Source of the DNA: an uncultured Bacteroidales bacterium | GTDB taxonomy: Bacteria; Bacteroidota; Bacteroidia; Bacteroidales; JAADJA01 | DNA length: 64,000 nucleotides | Assembly (NCBI GenBank): GCA_963749345.1 | Contig: CAVVMO010000004.1 | Coordinates: 3,053,358 to 3,117,357, forward strand | Reading direction: 5' to 3' | Shown here: piece after piece, positions 29,219-38,742 of the stretch | Layout: every line of letters begins with the position of its first letter | Position numbering within the stretch: the stretch's first letter is position 1 | Notes under the pieces: model-generated | The model's input: the letters and a program-made list of their open reading frames with translations, nothing else | Told to the model about the DNA's origin: nothing | The model's database searches: none | Translations under genes and position numbers: made by a program

Positions 29219-29391
29219 CTTTAGGTAAGGTGAATAAAAATGGAAAAATAATGTTCAAATGGAAGAAAGTTATTCCTAAAAACAACCATGATTAAGCAGC
29301 AACTTGGCAATCCGGAAATATTAAACTTAAAGAAAACGGCATTTTTATGCAGCAGAAAAGTCCCTGCTTCCCCCCGCTGCCGCGCGATTGT

Positions 29392-29554
29392 ACCTAAAAT
29401 CCGCATGTCTTTGACTTACTTATTACAAATATCAAGTTGCATATAGCTTTTAATAATACAATTTATTTTTATGCTTCACCTTTTGAGGTGATGAATAATG
29501 TTATAAACACTCAGTTTTTACTGATACTTCAAATTTGACATGCGGATTTTAGGT
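29392..29554. repeat. 18-bp perfect inverted repeat pair enclosing 127 bp of AT-rich DNA (MITE-like or invertible-segment-like)
   Basis: acctaaaatccgcatgtc (29392-29409) and its exact reverse complement gacatgcggattttaggt (29537-29554). Confidence 0.6.
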
Positions 29555-29650
29555 TGTATCGCTGGGTTTTAACATACCTCCTCCTTCTTCTTTAATTTTT
29601 ACAGGCATTTACCTGGATTAAAACTTCTTTCTTTATCTTTGAACCTTATA

Positions 29651-29731
29651 TTGAGGGCCACCGATAAAGAAACAGATAAGATGGTTTATGAACTCTACGG
29701 GCTGACAGAGGAGGAGGTGAGGGAGAATTAA
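29651..29731 (+). pseudogene. Orphan C-terminal remnant of a type IIG/Eco57I-like R-M protein
   Basis: Translates to LRATDKETDKMVYELYGLTEEEVREN*. The same ...YGLTEEE... tail ends the intact methyltransferase at 27345. There is no upstream coding body. Confidence 0.4.
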
Positions 29732-29763
29732 AATCATTAAAGAATGAATAAAATATTACCCAT

Positions 29764-31908
29764 ATGAAAATTAGCCAAATTATCGACAAAATTGACGAAA
29801 AGCAATTGTTTGTTCCAGCCTTCCAAAGAGAATATGTTTGGAAAAGACAAAATGCAAAGGATTTAATCAATTCCCTGATAAAGGAATATCCTACAGGTAC
29901 TATGCTTACTTGGGATACAAATAGTCCGCCTGAATTAAAAGGACCTCACAAATACGATGAGCGTCAGGGAACAGTGAAATTAATCTTAGATGGCCAGCAG
30001 CGTATTACTACTTTGTATATGTTGATCACTGGTAAAATACCACCCTATTATAAAGAAGCAGAAATATTACAGGATGCCCGCAATCTTTATGTAAATATTG
30101 AAACCATGGAACTCGAGTATTATAAAAAGACAACCATGGAAAACAATCCGCTTTGGGTTAATATCACTGATATATTTATGGGTAAAGTCAGATTACGAGA
30201 CGTTGTTGAAAAATTAGAGACCCAGAAAGGTAGTCAAAGAATTTCGCGCGAACTGGAAAATGTAATAGATGATAACATTACAACTATTCAGAAAATAAAA
30301 GACAGAGATTTTGTCGAACAAATTATTCCAACAAAAGCAAGGATTAATGAGGCTATCAACATTTTTTACATTGTTAATGCCAGCGGAGTTAATCTAACGG
30401 ATGCTGAATTGGCGCTTGCTCAAATTTCAGGTTATTGGCCTGATGCACGAGAACAGATAAAGGCGAAATTAAGACAACTGGAGAAAGATGGTTGGGTATT
30501 TAATCTTGATTTTATGATGTATGTTCTCCTGGGTGTTCTTTACAATCTGGGATCAAAAATGGAGAAATTGCATCCAAAAGAAAATTTTCCAAAAATCAAG
30601 GAGGCCTGGGGTCAATTAGAAAGTGATACGCTCGATTATGTTTTTAATATCATGAAGAGTCAGGCTTTTATTGATCATACCAAGGAAATAAATTCAGTTT
30701 ATGCGCTTATCCCTATAATATCTTTTGCCTTTAATAAAGGGAAAGGTAGGATGACGCAGATTGAAATAAAGAAAGCAATTAAATGGTTCTATTTTTCACA
30801 AATAAGACAGAGATATGTTAGTCAGTTGCCTCAAAAACTTGACAGAGATTTACGTATTGTAGCTTCCGATCCTAATCCTTTTGATAGTCTTATTGCTGTA
30901 ATTCAATCAGAAAGAAAACTTGAGATTGATAAGGATGAATTTATTGGCGCAGGTGTCAGCCATCCGTTATGGGGTCTTATGAAATGGTATTTTAAAAGCA
31001 AGAATGCTGTTTGCCTTAGCACAGGCATTTCTATCAGAAAGAATATGGGTAAAAAGTATGACCTGGAATATGATCACATTTTCCCTTATTCCGTCCTTAA
31101 AGAGAATGGATATAATATCAACAATAAGATTAAATATTCATTCGCCCAGGAAATAACCAACAGAGCTGTTCTAACCACAGTTGCCAACCGGACTAAAGCG
31201 GCAAAATATGCTGATGGGTATTTGCAGGAAGTTAAGAAGAGTTTTCCAGAAAGCTTAAAACTCCAATGTATTCCAGAAGACGAAGAACTTTGGAAATTGG
31301 AAAATTATGAAATCTTCATTGAGAAAAGAAGAAAACAACTTGCTAAAGAACTCAATAAATTTTTAAATGATTTCACAGAAACACAGCAAAAAGAAGTTAA
31401 TGTTGATGTTTACGACATGATACAGGCCGGTGAAAACCATAGCGTGGAGTTTAAAACCTCTCTCCGGTATGACATGAAAGAAAATAATGTCAACAAGCAA
31501 ATTGAAGATGTAATCATTAAAACAATAGCAGCATTCAGTAACGGGCAGGGAGGAACTTTAATAATTGGTGTAGATGACGACATGGAAATAATAGGATTGG
31601 AAAATGATTATAACACTTTAAAAAATGGCAGTAAAGATGAATTTGAACTTCATTTACGTAACTTAGTCAATAATGCCTATGGTGTAGGATTTGCTGCAAA
31701 CAATATAAAAGTAACATTTCCCGTGATTGAGGATAAGGAAATTTGTGTAATTGAAATAAAACCCGGAAACAAGCCTCTATATACTGTTATAACAGATAAG
31801 TATAATATTAAAAGCGAAAAATTCTATTTAAGGAGTGGCAATTCTTCACCAGAATTACCCCCTCGTGAGATACCGCTGTATGTAAGAACTAGGTTTGATG
31901 TGCTATAG
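29764..31908 (+). CDS. GmrSD-like type IV restriction protein: DUF262 (ParB-like NTPase) + DUF1524 (His-Me/HNH-like) + C-terminal AlbA_2 (Schlafen-type) domain
   Basis: LFVPAFQREYVWK and ILDGQQRITTLYML (DUF262). LEYDHIFPYS...NRAVLTTVANRTKAAK (DUF1524). GENHSVEFKTSLRYD...IAAFSNGQGGTLIIGVDD (AlbA_2). Confidence 0.8.
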   Translation: MKISQIIDKIDEKQLFVPAFQREYVWKRQNAKDLINSLIKEYPTGTMLTWDTNSPPELKGPHKYDERQGTVKLILDGQQRITTLYMLITGKIPPYYKEAEILQDARNLYVNIETMELEYYKKTTMENNPLWVNITDIFMGKVRLRDVVEKLETQKGSQRISRELENVIDDNITTIQKIKDRDFVEQIIPTKARINEAINIFYIVNASGVNLTDAELALAQISGYWPDAREQIKAKLRQLEKDGWVFNLDFMMYVLLGVLYNLGSKMEKLHPKENFPKIKEAWGQLESDTLDYVFNIMKSQAFIDHTKEINSVYALIPIISFAFNKGKGRMTQIEIKKAIKWFYFSQIRQRYVSQLPQKLDRDLRIVASDPNPFDSLIAVIQSERKLEIDKDEFIGAGVSHPLWGLMKWYFKSKNAVCLSTGISIRKNMGKKYDLEYDHIFPYSVLKENGYNINNKIKYSFAQEITNRAVLTTVANRTKAAKYADGYLQEVKKSFPESLKLQCIPEDEELWKLENYEIFIEKRRKQLAKELNKFLNDFTETQQKEVNVDVYDMIQAGENHSVEFKTSLRYDMKENNVNKQIEDVIIKTIAAFSNGQGGTLIIGVDDDMEIIGLENDYNTLKNGSKDEFELHLRNLVNNAYGVGFAANNIKVTFPVIEDKEICVIEIKPGNKPLYTVITDKYNIKSEKFYLRSGNSSPELPPREIPLYVRTRFDVL

Positions 31909-32107
31909 ATCTTAATAATTTCTCAAAAAATTTCAATTTTGGATGGCCGTGGAAAGAGGGGAGCTTACATATCAATTAGCAATGTTTCTTTCTGTTTCGT
32001 CGAAAATCATTTAATTTGTTTTAGATTCTTTTAGCTTTGAATCACCTATTATAAAAGGGTATCTGGCTTTGGACATCTATAATTATGCAAAATTTATGCA
32101 AATAAAA

Positions 32108-32129
32108 AAGGTTGCATTTCTGCAACCTT
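32108..32129 (-). terminator. Minus-strand rho-independent terminator immediately 3' of the tRNA fragment
   Basis: aaggttgca(32108-32116)/tgcaacctt(32121-32129) form a 9-bp stem with a 4-nt loop. On the minus strand it is followed by ttttttatt. Confidence 0.5.
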
Positions 32130-32147
32130 CGAAACTTTCTTATTTTC

Positions 32148-32171
32148 TGGTGATCCCGGCGGGATTCGAAC
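32148..32171 (-). pseudogene. Isolated tRNA 3'-terminal 24 nt (T-loop, T-stem 3' strand, acceptor 3' strand, CCA)
   Basis: The reverse complement is gttcgaatcccgccgggatcacca. The upstream bases (aatag) cannot pair as the T-stem 5' strand, and no D-arm or anticodon arm follows. Confidence 0.55.
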
Positions 32172-33103
32172 TATTTCATTATAACCCTATTATTCAATAT
32201 GTTACAACCTTGTAACTTTATAGGTCACCGAATTGGAATTTCTCCAAAGTAGTGGTCAGTCTGTCGAAGAACGAATTGCTAAAGTATTGTAAAAGTAAAT
32301 AAATTAAACGAAATAACCTAATTATTTTTGAACTATTTTATGTTAATTTCTTCAAAAAATTAATGAAATTATCAAGAGGATCATATACATATTTCATAGT
32401 GCAAAACTAAATTTATTCACGCATTTGTGCTTAGATAGATAAATATACAATTTAACTGAGATTATCTGTGTATTGTTGTTTATGCATGCTCAAAATAGCC
32501 TTATTGCATTTAGTAATCCATTAATATAAAACCATTCATTTTAAAGCCTTTTTTGCCAAGTTGGTACTTTATCCCATACAACCTAAGATCGTCGTCATTA
32601 GCTTCCTTATATTAGCCTACAATTGTCCTGATTGACATAATCCTGCACAGAAAGAACCTTTACCTTGTAAACAACTCTTCAACCTGTCAGCAATTTTTAA
32701 TAAAGGCAATAGAGGCATGGAAAATACTGGACTAACCTATGCTTTATGAGAAAGGCAAATGCCTCTTTTGGCTTTATGATTAGCAAGAAAAAAGACGATA
32801 GGTAGGCAGGCGGGCAAGCCAAATTATTTTATACTTTAGCAATAATCTGCCGCAAGGCAGTTAAAAAGAGGGAATCAAAATAATTTTCTTTTTACTTGCT
32901 AAAAAAATTGATGACGTTATCTTTGTTTACAAGGTGAAGGGGCGAATTAATAACAGAATCAAATTGATTCAAATATTAGAAACAGTATAAATTACAAAAA
33001 CATGCATATTATTATAAATTTGATTAATATTTTTACAGGAAATTAAGAAAGATTATAAATGAATCATATAAAGAGTTAACTAATAATTCAAAACAACATT
33101 AAC

Positions 33104-36100
33104 ATGGTACTAAAAAAAACGATAATAATATGTTTGTTATTGATGGGATATTGTTTTTGTTTTAATGCACATGCACAAATTACTACTACAGGACCAATAC
33201 CATCTAAAGGCACATATAGGGGAAAAATAAATAAAATGAGTAAATCTCAGGTAGTAATACCAAACGTGGACTCGTACTTATGGAGACATGGATGTGCACC
33301 GACATCCGTAGGCATGGTGATAGCTTATTATGATGAAAATGGATATCCAGATTTATGTGAGGGGACATTAGCGGAAGGAGTAAAACAAGCAATTGCAAGC
33401 GATGCACATTATAGCGATTATTCCCAGCCATTAGATCCAAAACCTGATCCAATTATACCAGATAAATCTGAACTTGGGGGAGCGCATACATCAAATTGTA
33501 TTGCAGACTTTATGGAAACTTCATGGAGTATTGAAAACTTACATTATGGATGGACTGGGGCGAATAAAATTGAAGAGGGTTTTATTGAATACGTTAGCTA
33601 CAAAAATAATAGTTATTATATGAAAACTTCGACTGAAATTTTTTCATATGGGACTTGTTGGGAATTGTACAAAAATGAAATAGATAATAACAGACCGGTG
33701 GTATTATTTGTTGATTCTGACGGAGATGATCAACCTGATCATGCTGTAACAGGGATAGGATATGATGAAGCAATAGGGGAATTTGCAATTTATGATACAT
33801 GGGATCATGATGTGCACTGGTATGAATGGCATGAAATACTACCAGACATACCATGGGGAATAGAGGAAATATACACATTCCAAATAGAACACAAAGAACA
33901 TTATTATGATTTAAAGGTATTTCTTGAAGGACCTTTTTCTGGAAGTAATATGAGCACAAATTTAAATTCAATAATACCATTAAAGCAACCCTATAACATA
34001 GCTCCATTCAATTACAATGGAAACGAAAGTGTTACAACAATACCGAACCAAAATATTGTTGATTGGATTTTAGTCGAAATACTGGAAAGACAAATAGCAG
34101 GAGAAGATACTACTTTTGTGTTAAGAGCCAGAAAAGCAGCGTTTTTGCTGAACAACGGAGAAATAAAAGATTTAGATGGAACAAGTATGTTACTTTTTAC
34201 CGACATTCAATTAATAAACTGTTTTGTGAGAATAAAACATCGAAATCATCTGCAAATAACATCTTCTGTGCCTGTTACGCAAATTGGTGACATTTCTAAT
34301 TATGATTTTACAACGAGCGCGGATAAAGTAATGGGGGGATTATATTCTGTAAAGCAATTAGCAACCAATATATGGGGTATGATAGCGGGAGATGGAAATG
34401 CTAATAGACAAGTAAATAACATGGATAAAGATGATGTATGGATTTTACAAAATGGTTTAACTGGATATTATGCAGGCGATTATAACTTAAATGGAGCTGT
34501 TAACAGCACAGATAAAGAAATTAATTGGGAACAAAACAGTGGCAAAGGCACCGATATTTTTGAAAACTACACAGTATATGAATGTCCAAGTTCATTGAAA
34601 GATGGGAGGGACGGACAATCCTATTTAACAGTGCAAATTGGAACTCAATGCTGGATGGCTGAAAACTTAAATGTTGGGAAAAGAATACAGGTAACAGAAG
34701 ATATGACTGATAATGGAATTATAGAAAAATATTGTCTTGATGACGATACAACATATTGTGATAAATACGGAGGTTTATATCAATGGAATGAGATGATGCA
34801 ATATATTACTCAAAATGGTACACAAGGTATTTGTCCTCCAGGGTGGTATATCCCTTCAGATGATGATTGGTGTACTTTGACAACATATATAGATGCAACG
34901 GTTGATTGTAATATAAATGGATGGAGTGGAACAGATGCTGGGCTTAAGATGAAAAGTACAAGTGGATGGTATTCTAATGGAAATGGAACAAATATTTTTG
35001 GATATACCGTCTTGCCAGGATCATACCGGCAAAATAATGGAGTTTATGGGCAACATGAACGCTATGCCTACTTCTGGACAAGTAATATTTATGATGCAAC
35101 ACAGGCTTATAAACGTTATTTTTATTATGATAATAACGCTGTTACGAGAAGTTATACTCCCAAGAATAGCGGATATAGTATTCGATGTTTAAAGGGTATT
35201 CCACAAATTGAAACAACAAATGTTTATAATATTACCCAAAATACTGTAACAATTGCAAGCATTATTACTGACCAGGGGGCTACGGAAATTACTGAACGAG
35301 GAGTGTGCTGGAGTACATCAAAAAATCCACTTTCATCAGGGACGCATACTTCAGATGGAACCGGAACAGGAAATTTTACAAGCGAGATAACAGGATTAAT
35401 TGCAAATACTCATTATTATGTACGGGCTTATGCAACGAATACAGCTGGAACTGCTTATGGCAAGGAACTTGTATTCGTAACAATTCAAGGAACATCGCAA
35501 AGTTGTACAAATGACCAAACAGTGATATATGAAGGACTGATATATAATACTGTTCAAATCGGTAATCAATGCTGGTTAAGGGAAAATATTAATATAGGTA
35601 TAATGATAGATGATGACAGCATACCTAAGAACAATGGTATTATAGAGAAATATTGCTATAATAACGCACAAAACAACTGTATTATATATGGCGGGCTTTA
35701 TCAATGGAGTGAAATGATGCAATATTCGAATTTACCAGGGGCACAAGGTATTTGTCCACCAGGATGGCATCTACCAACGGATGGAGAATTTTGCTCCTTG
35801 ACTCAATTTATTGATCCATCGGTAAATTGTAATTCAACAAGTTGGAGCGGTACAGACGTGGGTTTAAAAATGAAAAGCACAACAAGCTGGAATTCCGGAG
35901 GGAATGGGAATAATGCTTCCGGATATACAGCATTAGCAACAGGTTATCGTACTGACAACGGTAGTTTCAGTAGTTTAGGAACCCTTAATAATTTGTGGAC
36001 AACAACCCCTTACAATAGCACTTATTCATATGCACGTAGATTGGGTTCATCCAATTCTAATATTATGCGTAGTTATTTTAATAATGAGTATGGAAACAGT

Positions 36101-37048
36101 GTGCGTTGCTTGAAAAGTGTACCAATAGTAATCACTGAAAACATTATTAATATAACTGAAAATACTGCTATTGGCATCGGCGGAGTGACAGATGAAGGGG
36201 CTACTGAAGTCAATGAACGGGGAATTTGCTGGAGCACTTCACCAGATCCTGATATAACAGAACTTCATACTTCAAATGGAGCAGGAAGTGGTACGTTTAA
36301 TATTGAAATTACTGGTTTAAATTTAAATACGCACTATTTTGCAAGGGCTTATGCAATAAACAATGCTGGAATTGCATACGGTAACGAAATAGAATTTACA
36401 ACAATTACAGGTACAGCTCCAACATGTGCAGGAATTCCATCAGTAAATTATGAGAATCAGATATATAATACCGTTCAAATAGGCGCACAATGCTGGCTAA
36501 GGGAAAATCTGAATGTTGGATTAATGATAAATGCAACAAATCAGACTAATAATAATCAGAAAGAGAAATATTGTTATAACAATGACCCAGCCAACTGTGC
36601 TATATATGGGGGACTTTATCAATGGGATGAAATGATGCAGTATTCGAATTTTCCCGGGACACAAGGTATTTGTCCTACAGGCTGGCATTTGCCGACAAAT
36701 GCTGAATGGTGCACCCTTACATCATATATTGATCCAACAGTAAATTGTGCCTATATTGGATGGACTGGTACAGATGTCGGGATTAAAATGAAAAGCACAA
36801 CAGGCTGGAGCGGAAATGGTAACGGAAGCAATGCATCAGGATTCAATGTGCTACCATCTGGAATGAGTAACCTTAATAATAACTTTTATAATTTAAGTAT
36901 AAGTTCAATGTTTTGGTCATCAAAAGTAAACATGAATACTAATACTGTAAAAGTATGGCAATTAAACGGATCAGACGCACAACTATATATACAATCCACT
37001 GACGATTATGATTATGGATATAGTGTGCGGTGTGTCAAGAATCTATAA
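33104..37048 (+). CDS. Large secreted multidomain protein: papain-like/C39-like cysteine peptidase domain, shared beta-rich module with dockerin-like Ca-binding repeats, 3 FISUMP (TIGR02145-type) domains interleaved with 2 Ig/Fn3-like domains
   Basis: Signal peptide. WRHGCAPTSVGMVIAYY...DHAVTGIGYD (Cys/His pair). GDGNANRQVNNMDKDDV and GDYNLNGAVNSTDKE (dockerin-like). Three repeats of ...TVQIG.QCW[ML][AR]ENLN...YGGLYQW.EMMQY...GICP.GWH[IL]P...S[IV]RC[LV]K. Confidence 0.8.
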   Translation: MVLKKTIIICLLLMGYCFCFNAHAQITTTGPIPSKGTYRGKINKMSKSQVVIPNVDSYLWRHGCAPTSVGMVIAYYDENGYPDLCEGTLAEGVKQAIASDAHYSDYSQPLDPKPDPIIPDKSELGGAHTSNCIADFMETSWSIENLHYGWTGANKIEEGFIEYVSYKNNSYYMKTSTEIFSYGTCWELYKNEIDNNRPVVLFVDSDGDDQPDHAVTGIGYDEAIGEFAIYDTWDHDVHWYEWHEILPDIPWGIEEIYTFQIEHKEHYYDLKVFLEGPFSGSNMSTNLNSIIPLKQPYNIAPFNYNGNESVTTIPNQNIVDWILVEILERQIAGEDTTFVLRARKAAFLLNNGEIKDLDGTSMLLFTDIQLINCFVRIKHRNHLQITSSVPVTQIGDISNYDFTTSADKVMGGLYSVKQLATNIWGMIAGDGNANRQVNNMDKDDVWILQNGLTGYYAGDYNLNGAVNSTDKEINWEQNSGKGTDIFENYTVYECPSSLKDGRDGQSYLTVQIGTQCWMAENLNVGKRIQVTEDMTDNGIIEKYCLDDDTTYCDKYGGLYQWNEMMQYITQNGTQGICPPGWYIPSDDDWCTLTTYIDATVDCNINGWSGTDAGLKMKSTSGWYSNGNGTNIFGYTVLPGSYRQNNGVYGQHERYAYFWTSNIYDATQAYKRYFYYDNNAVTRSYTPKNSGYSIRCLKGIPQIETTNVYNITQNTVTIASIITDQGATEITERGVCWSTSKNPLSSGTHTSDGTGTGNFTSEITGLIANTHYYVRAYATNTAGTAYGKELVFVTIQGTSQSCTNDQTVIYEGLIYNTVQIGNQCWLRENINIGIMIDDDSIPKNNGIIEKYCYNNAQNNCIIYGGLYQWSEMMQYSNLPGAQGICPPGWHLPTDGEFCSLTQFIDPSVNCNSTSWSGTDVGLKMKSTTSWNSGGNGNNASGYTALATGYRTDNGSFSSLGTLNNLWTTTPYNSTYSYARRLGSSNSNIMRSYFNNEYGNSVRCLKSVPIVITENIINITENTAIGIGGVTDEGATEVNERGICWSTSPDPDITELHTSNGAGSGTFNIEITGLNLNTHYFARAYAINNAGIAYGNEIEFTTITGTAPTCAGIPSVNYENQIYNTVQIGAQCWLRENLNVGLMINATNQTNNNQKEKYCYNNDPANCAIYGGLYQWDEMMQYSNFPGTQGICPTGWHLPTNAEWCTLTSYIDPTVNCAYIGWTGTDVGIKMKSTTGWSGNGNGSNASGFNVLPSGMSNLNNNFYNLSISSMFWSSKVNMNTNTVKVWQLNGSDAQLYIQSTDDYDYGYSVRCVKNL

Positions 37049-37084
37049 ATTAATTTTTGAAATAATTAAAATTATATTTAAGGA

Positions 37085-37282
37085 TTACTTTCTTTCCTTC
37101 TTTCTTTTATGGGTTATTAAGTACTGATCGTACATCTTCATAAGCCACCAGATGATTGCCAAGAATGAAATGATAAGTGTTAACCACTTATTTATTGCAA
37201 CCTTGTATAACCATTCGTTGATGTTCAGGTAGAGGGCGGTTGCGTTGGAACCAATGCCAAATAGATTAAAAAGCAGTTTCAT
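37085..37282 (-). CDS. Small membrane protein (holin-like size and topology)
   Basis: 65 aa with a hydrophobic core LTLIISFLAIIWWLM and a basic tail KRKKERK. Assigned by context only. Confidence 0.3.
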   Translation of the reverse strand: MKLLFNLFGIGSNATALYLNINEWLYKVAINKWLTLIISFLAIIWWLMKMYDQYLITHKRKKERK

Positions 37283-37284
37283 AA

Positions 37285-37900
37285 TTATAACAATGACCAG
37301 GAACCATTTATAATTGTACCATTATTATGACCAACTGAATCGTATGCAATTGAACCAGCACCTTCATTTAAGAGGTATTGAGCTTTTCGATTGGTAAGAT
37401 CTGTGATTAAGATATTATCTATAAAAGCAGATAAGTTCTGCATATTTTCAGAATCAGATGCGATACGAAAACCCAATGAATCAGGCAATGATAATACAGG
37501 AGACTGATTAAGAGAAAAAACATCATGATCAAGAACAGCTGAAAATAATCCTCTGGCGTTGGTAACAAAAATTGTATGCCATTGCCTATCATCATTAAAT
37601 GCAAGGGTTAATTCAATTTTAAGTTCACTCCCTTTATACAACTGGACATATAGGGTGTTTATATCAATTGCAATTCCGATTTTATTGTCGGTTTTTGATA
37701 GACAAGAGTTCATGAGGTAATTGAAGCCAGAAACAGGAAAAGAATTGATTTTAAATGCATTTCAAAGCTGAAATCATTGTTGTGATCGAGGTAAGTGGTT
37801 AAAGGATCAATAGAGATATAGCCATTGCCAGTGAACTGAAGGCAATAGTCATTGACAGGAGTGACCTTGGACTTGCGGAAGATAGATATTTGGTTTTTTA
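37285..37900 (-). pseudogene. LamG/concanavalin-like domain protein, disrupted
   Basis: The C-terminal frame (37285-37713) has ...LNEGAGSIAYDSVGHNNGTIINGSW. An upstream frame (about 37741-37900) reads ...CLQFTGNGYISIDPLTTYLDHNNDFSFEMHLKS, which is a LamG start. The two are not in one frame. Confidence 0.45.
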
Positions 37901-37915
37901 GTGATCATAGGACAT

Positions 37916-37951
37916 CCCCCTGACCTCCCCTCAAAGGGGGGAAGTTAGTTA
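37916..37951 (-). repeat. GC hairpin repeat, copy 1 (directly follows a minus-strand stop codon)
   Basis: The minus strand reads taa-cttCCCCCCtttGAGGGGaggtcaggggg. It is homologous to copy 2 at 40061-40098. Confidence 0.5.
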
Positions 37952-38742
37952 CGGTTTGCATAGATGACACCGGATTGAAGCTGGATGGTAGTGAACCTGC
38001 CGGTTAAGGGCTGGTCGGTGGACTTGATGGTTTTTGCCGGTAAGATTATCCCGGGCCAAGATATCAACCGTTCCATTTTTCAACCGGGAAAAAACTGCAT
38101 CTTTACTGATGGTTATTGTATGCCAGTCACCAGTGTAAATCTGTGTGTCGTCAATTCTAGAGCTGACCATTTGGGCTGAAAAGTTTGTTTGGATTTCTCA
38201 TGTTTTTATGTGTTTATATATTATTCCACTTATTCTTTTAGATGTATGGTTTTGTATAGAATTCGTAATGACTGTTATTTAAATGATTGATCAGTAATTG
38301 TTCTTTTTGACGGGCAATGTAAAGGATGTTCTTTAAAATGGAACGGTGTATTGCAGGGTCAATGCCTGAAACAATTGAGGGATCAATTAACTCCGCTGCC
38401 TTTGCAGGATCGGGAGTGCTGTATTGGGCTGTTTCAAATAACTGCTGGTTATAAAGCAGGTATTTGACGTAATGGGCAATGAAGGGTTTGATGTATTTGT
38501 CAATCAATGAAGCATAATTGGGACGGAATTGGTTGAAATTTCAGTTATAAAATGATTCACCTAAAATTGGGATTAAATAAGATGTTTATTACCAATATCA
38601 ATCATGTCATCCTTGATGAGGTTTTCATCAATGTTGGTGATGTAGGCGAGGGAGATGATGTCGGATTTGGAGATTAATCATGATGACCTCCTTTCCCACC
38701 ACACTTCGAGGCTCTCCGCCCACCTCAGGCAGGTGACCCATG

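Larger units (their letters stand above)
17880..32171. mobile_element. Candidate decayed integrative genomic island (defence island) bounded by tRNA-3'-end-like direct repeats
   Basis: The 17-nt exact repeat gtgatcccggcgggatt occurs at 17880-17896 and 32150-32166, each next to a terminator hairpin. The content is entirely accessory or defence-type genes. No integrase was seen. Confidence 0.4.

Noticed and set aside
29410-29536. Bacteroides-type promoter (TTTG / TAnnTTTG) inside the inverted-repeat-bounded segment
   Set aside because: Only a near-match, cAAATTTG, overlaps the right arm. It is palindromic and not a convincing -7 box, so no promoter feature was called.
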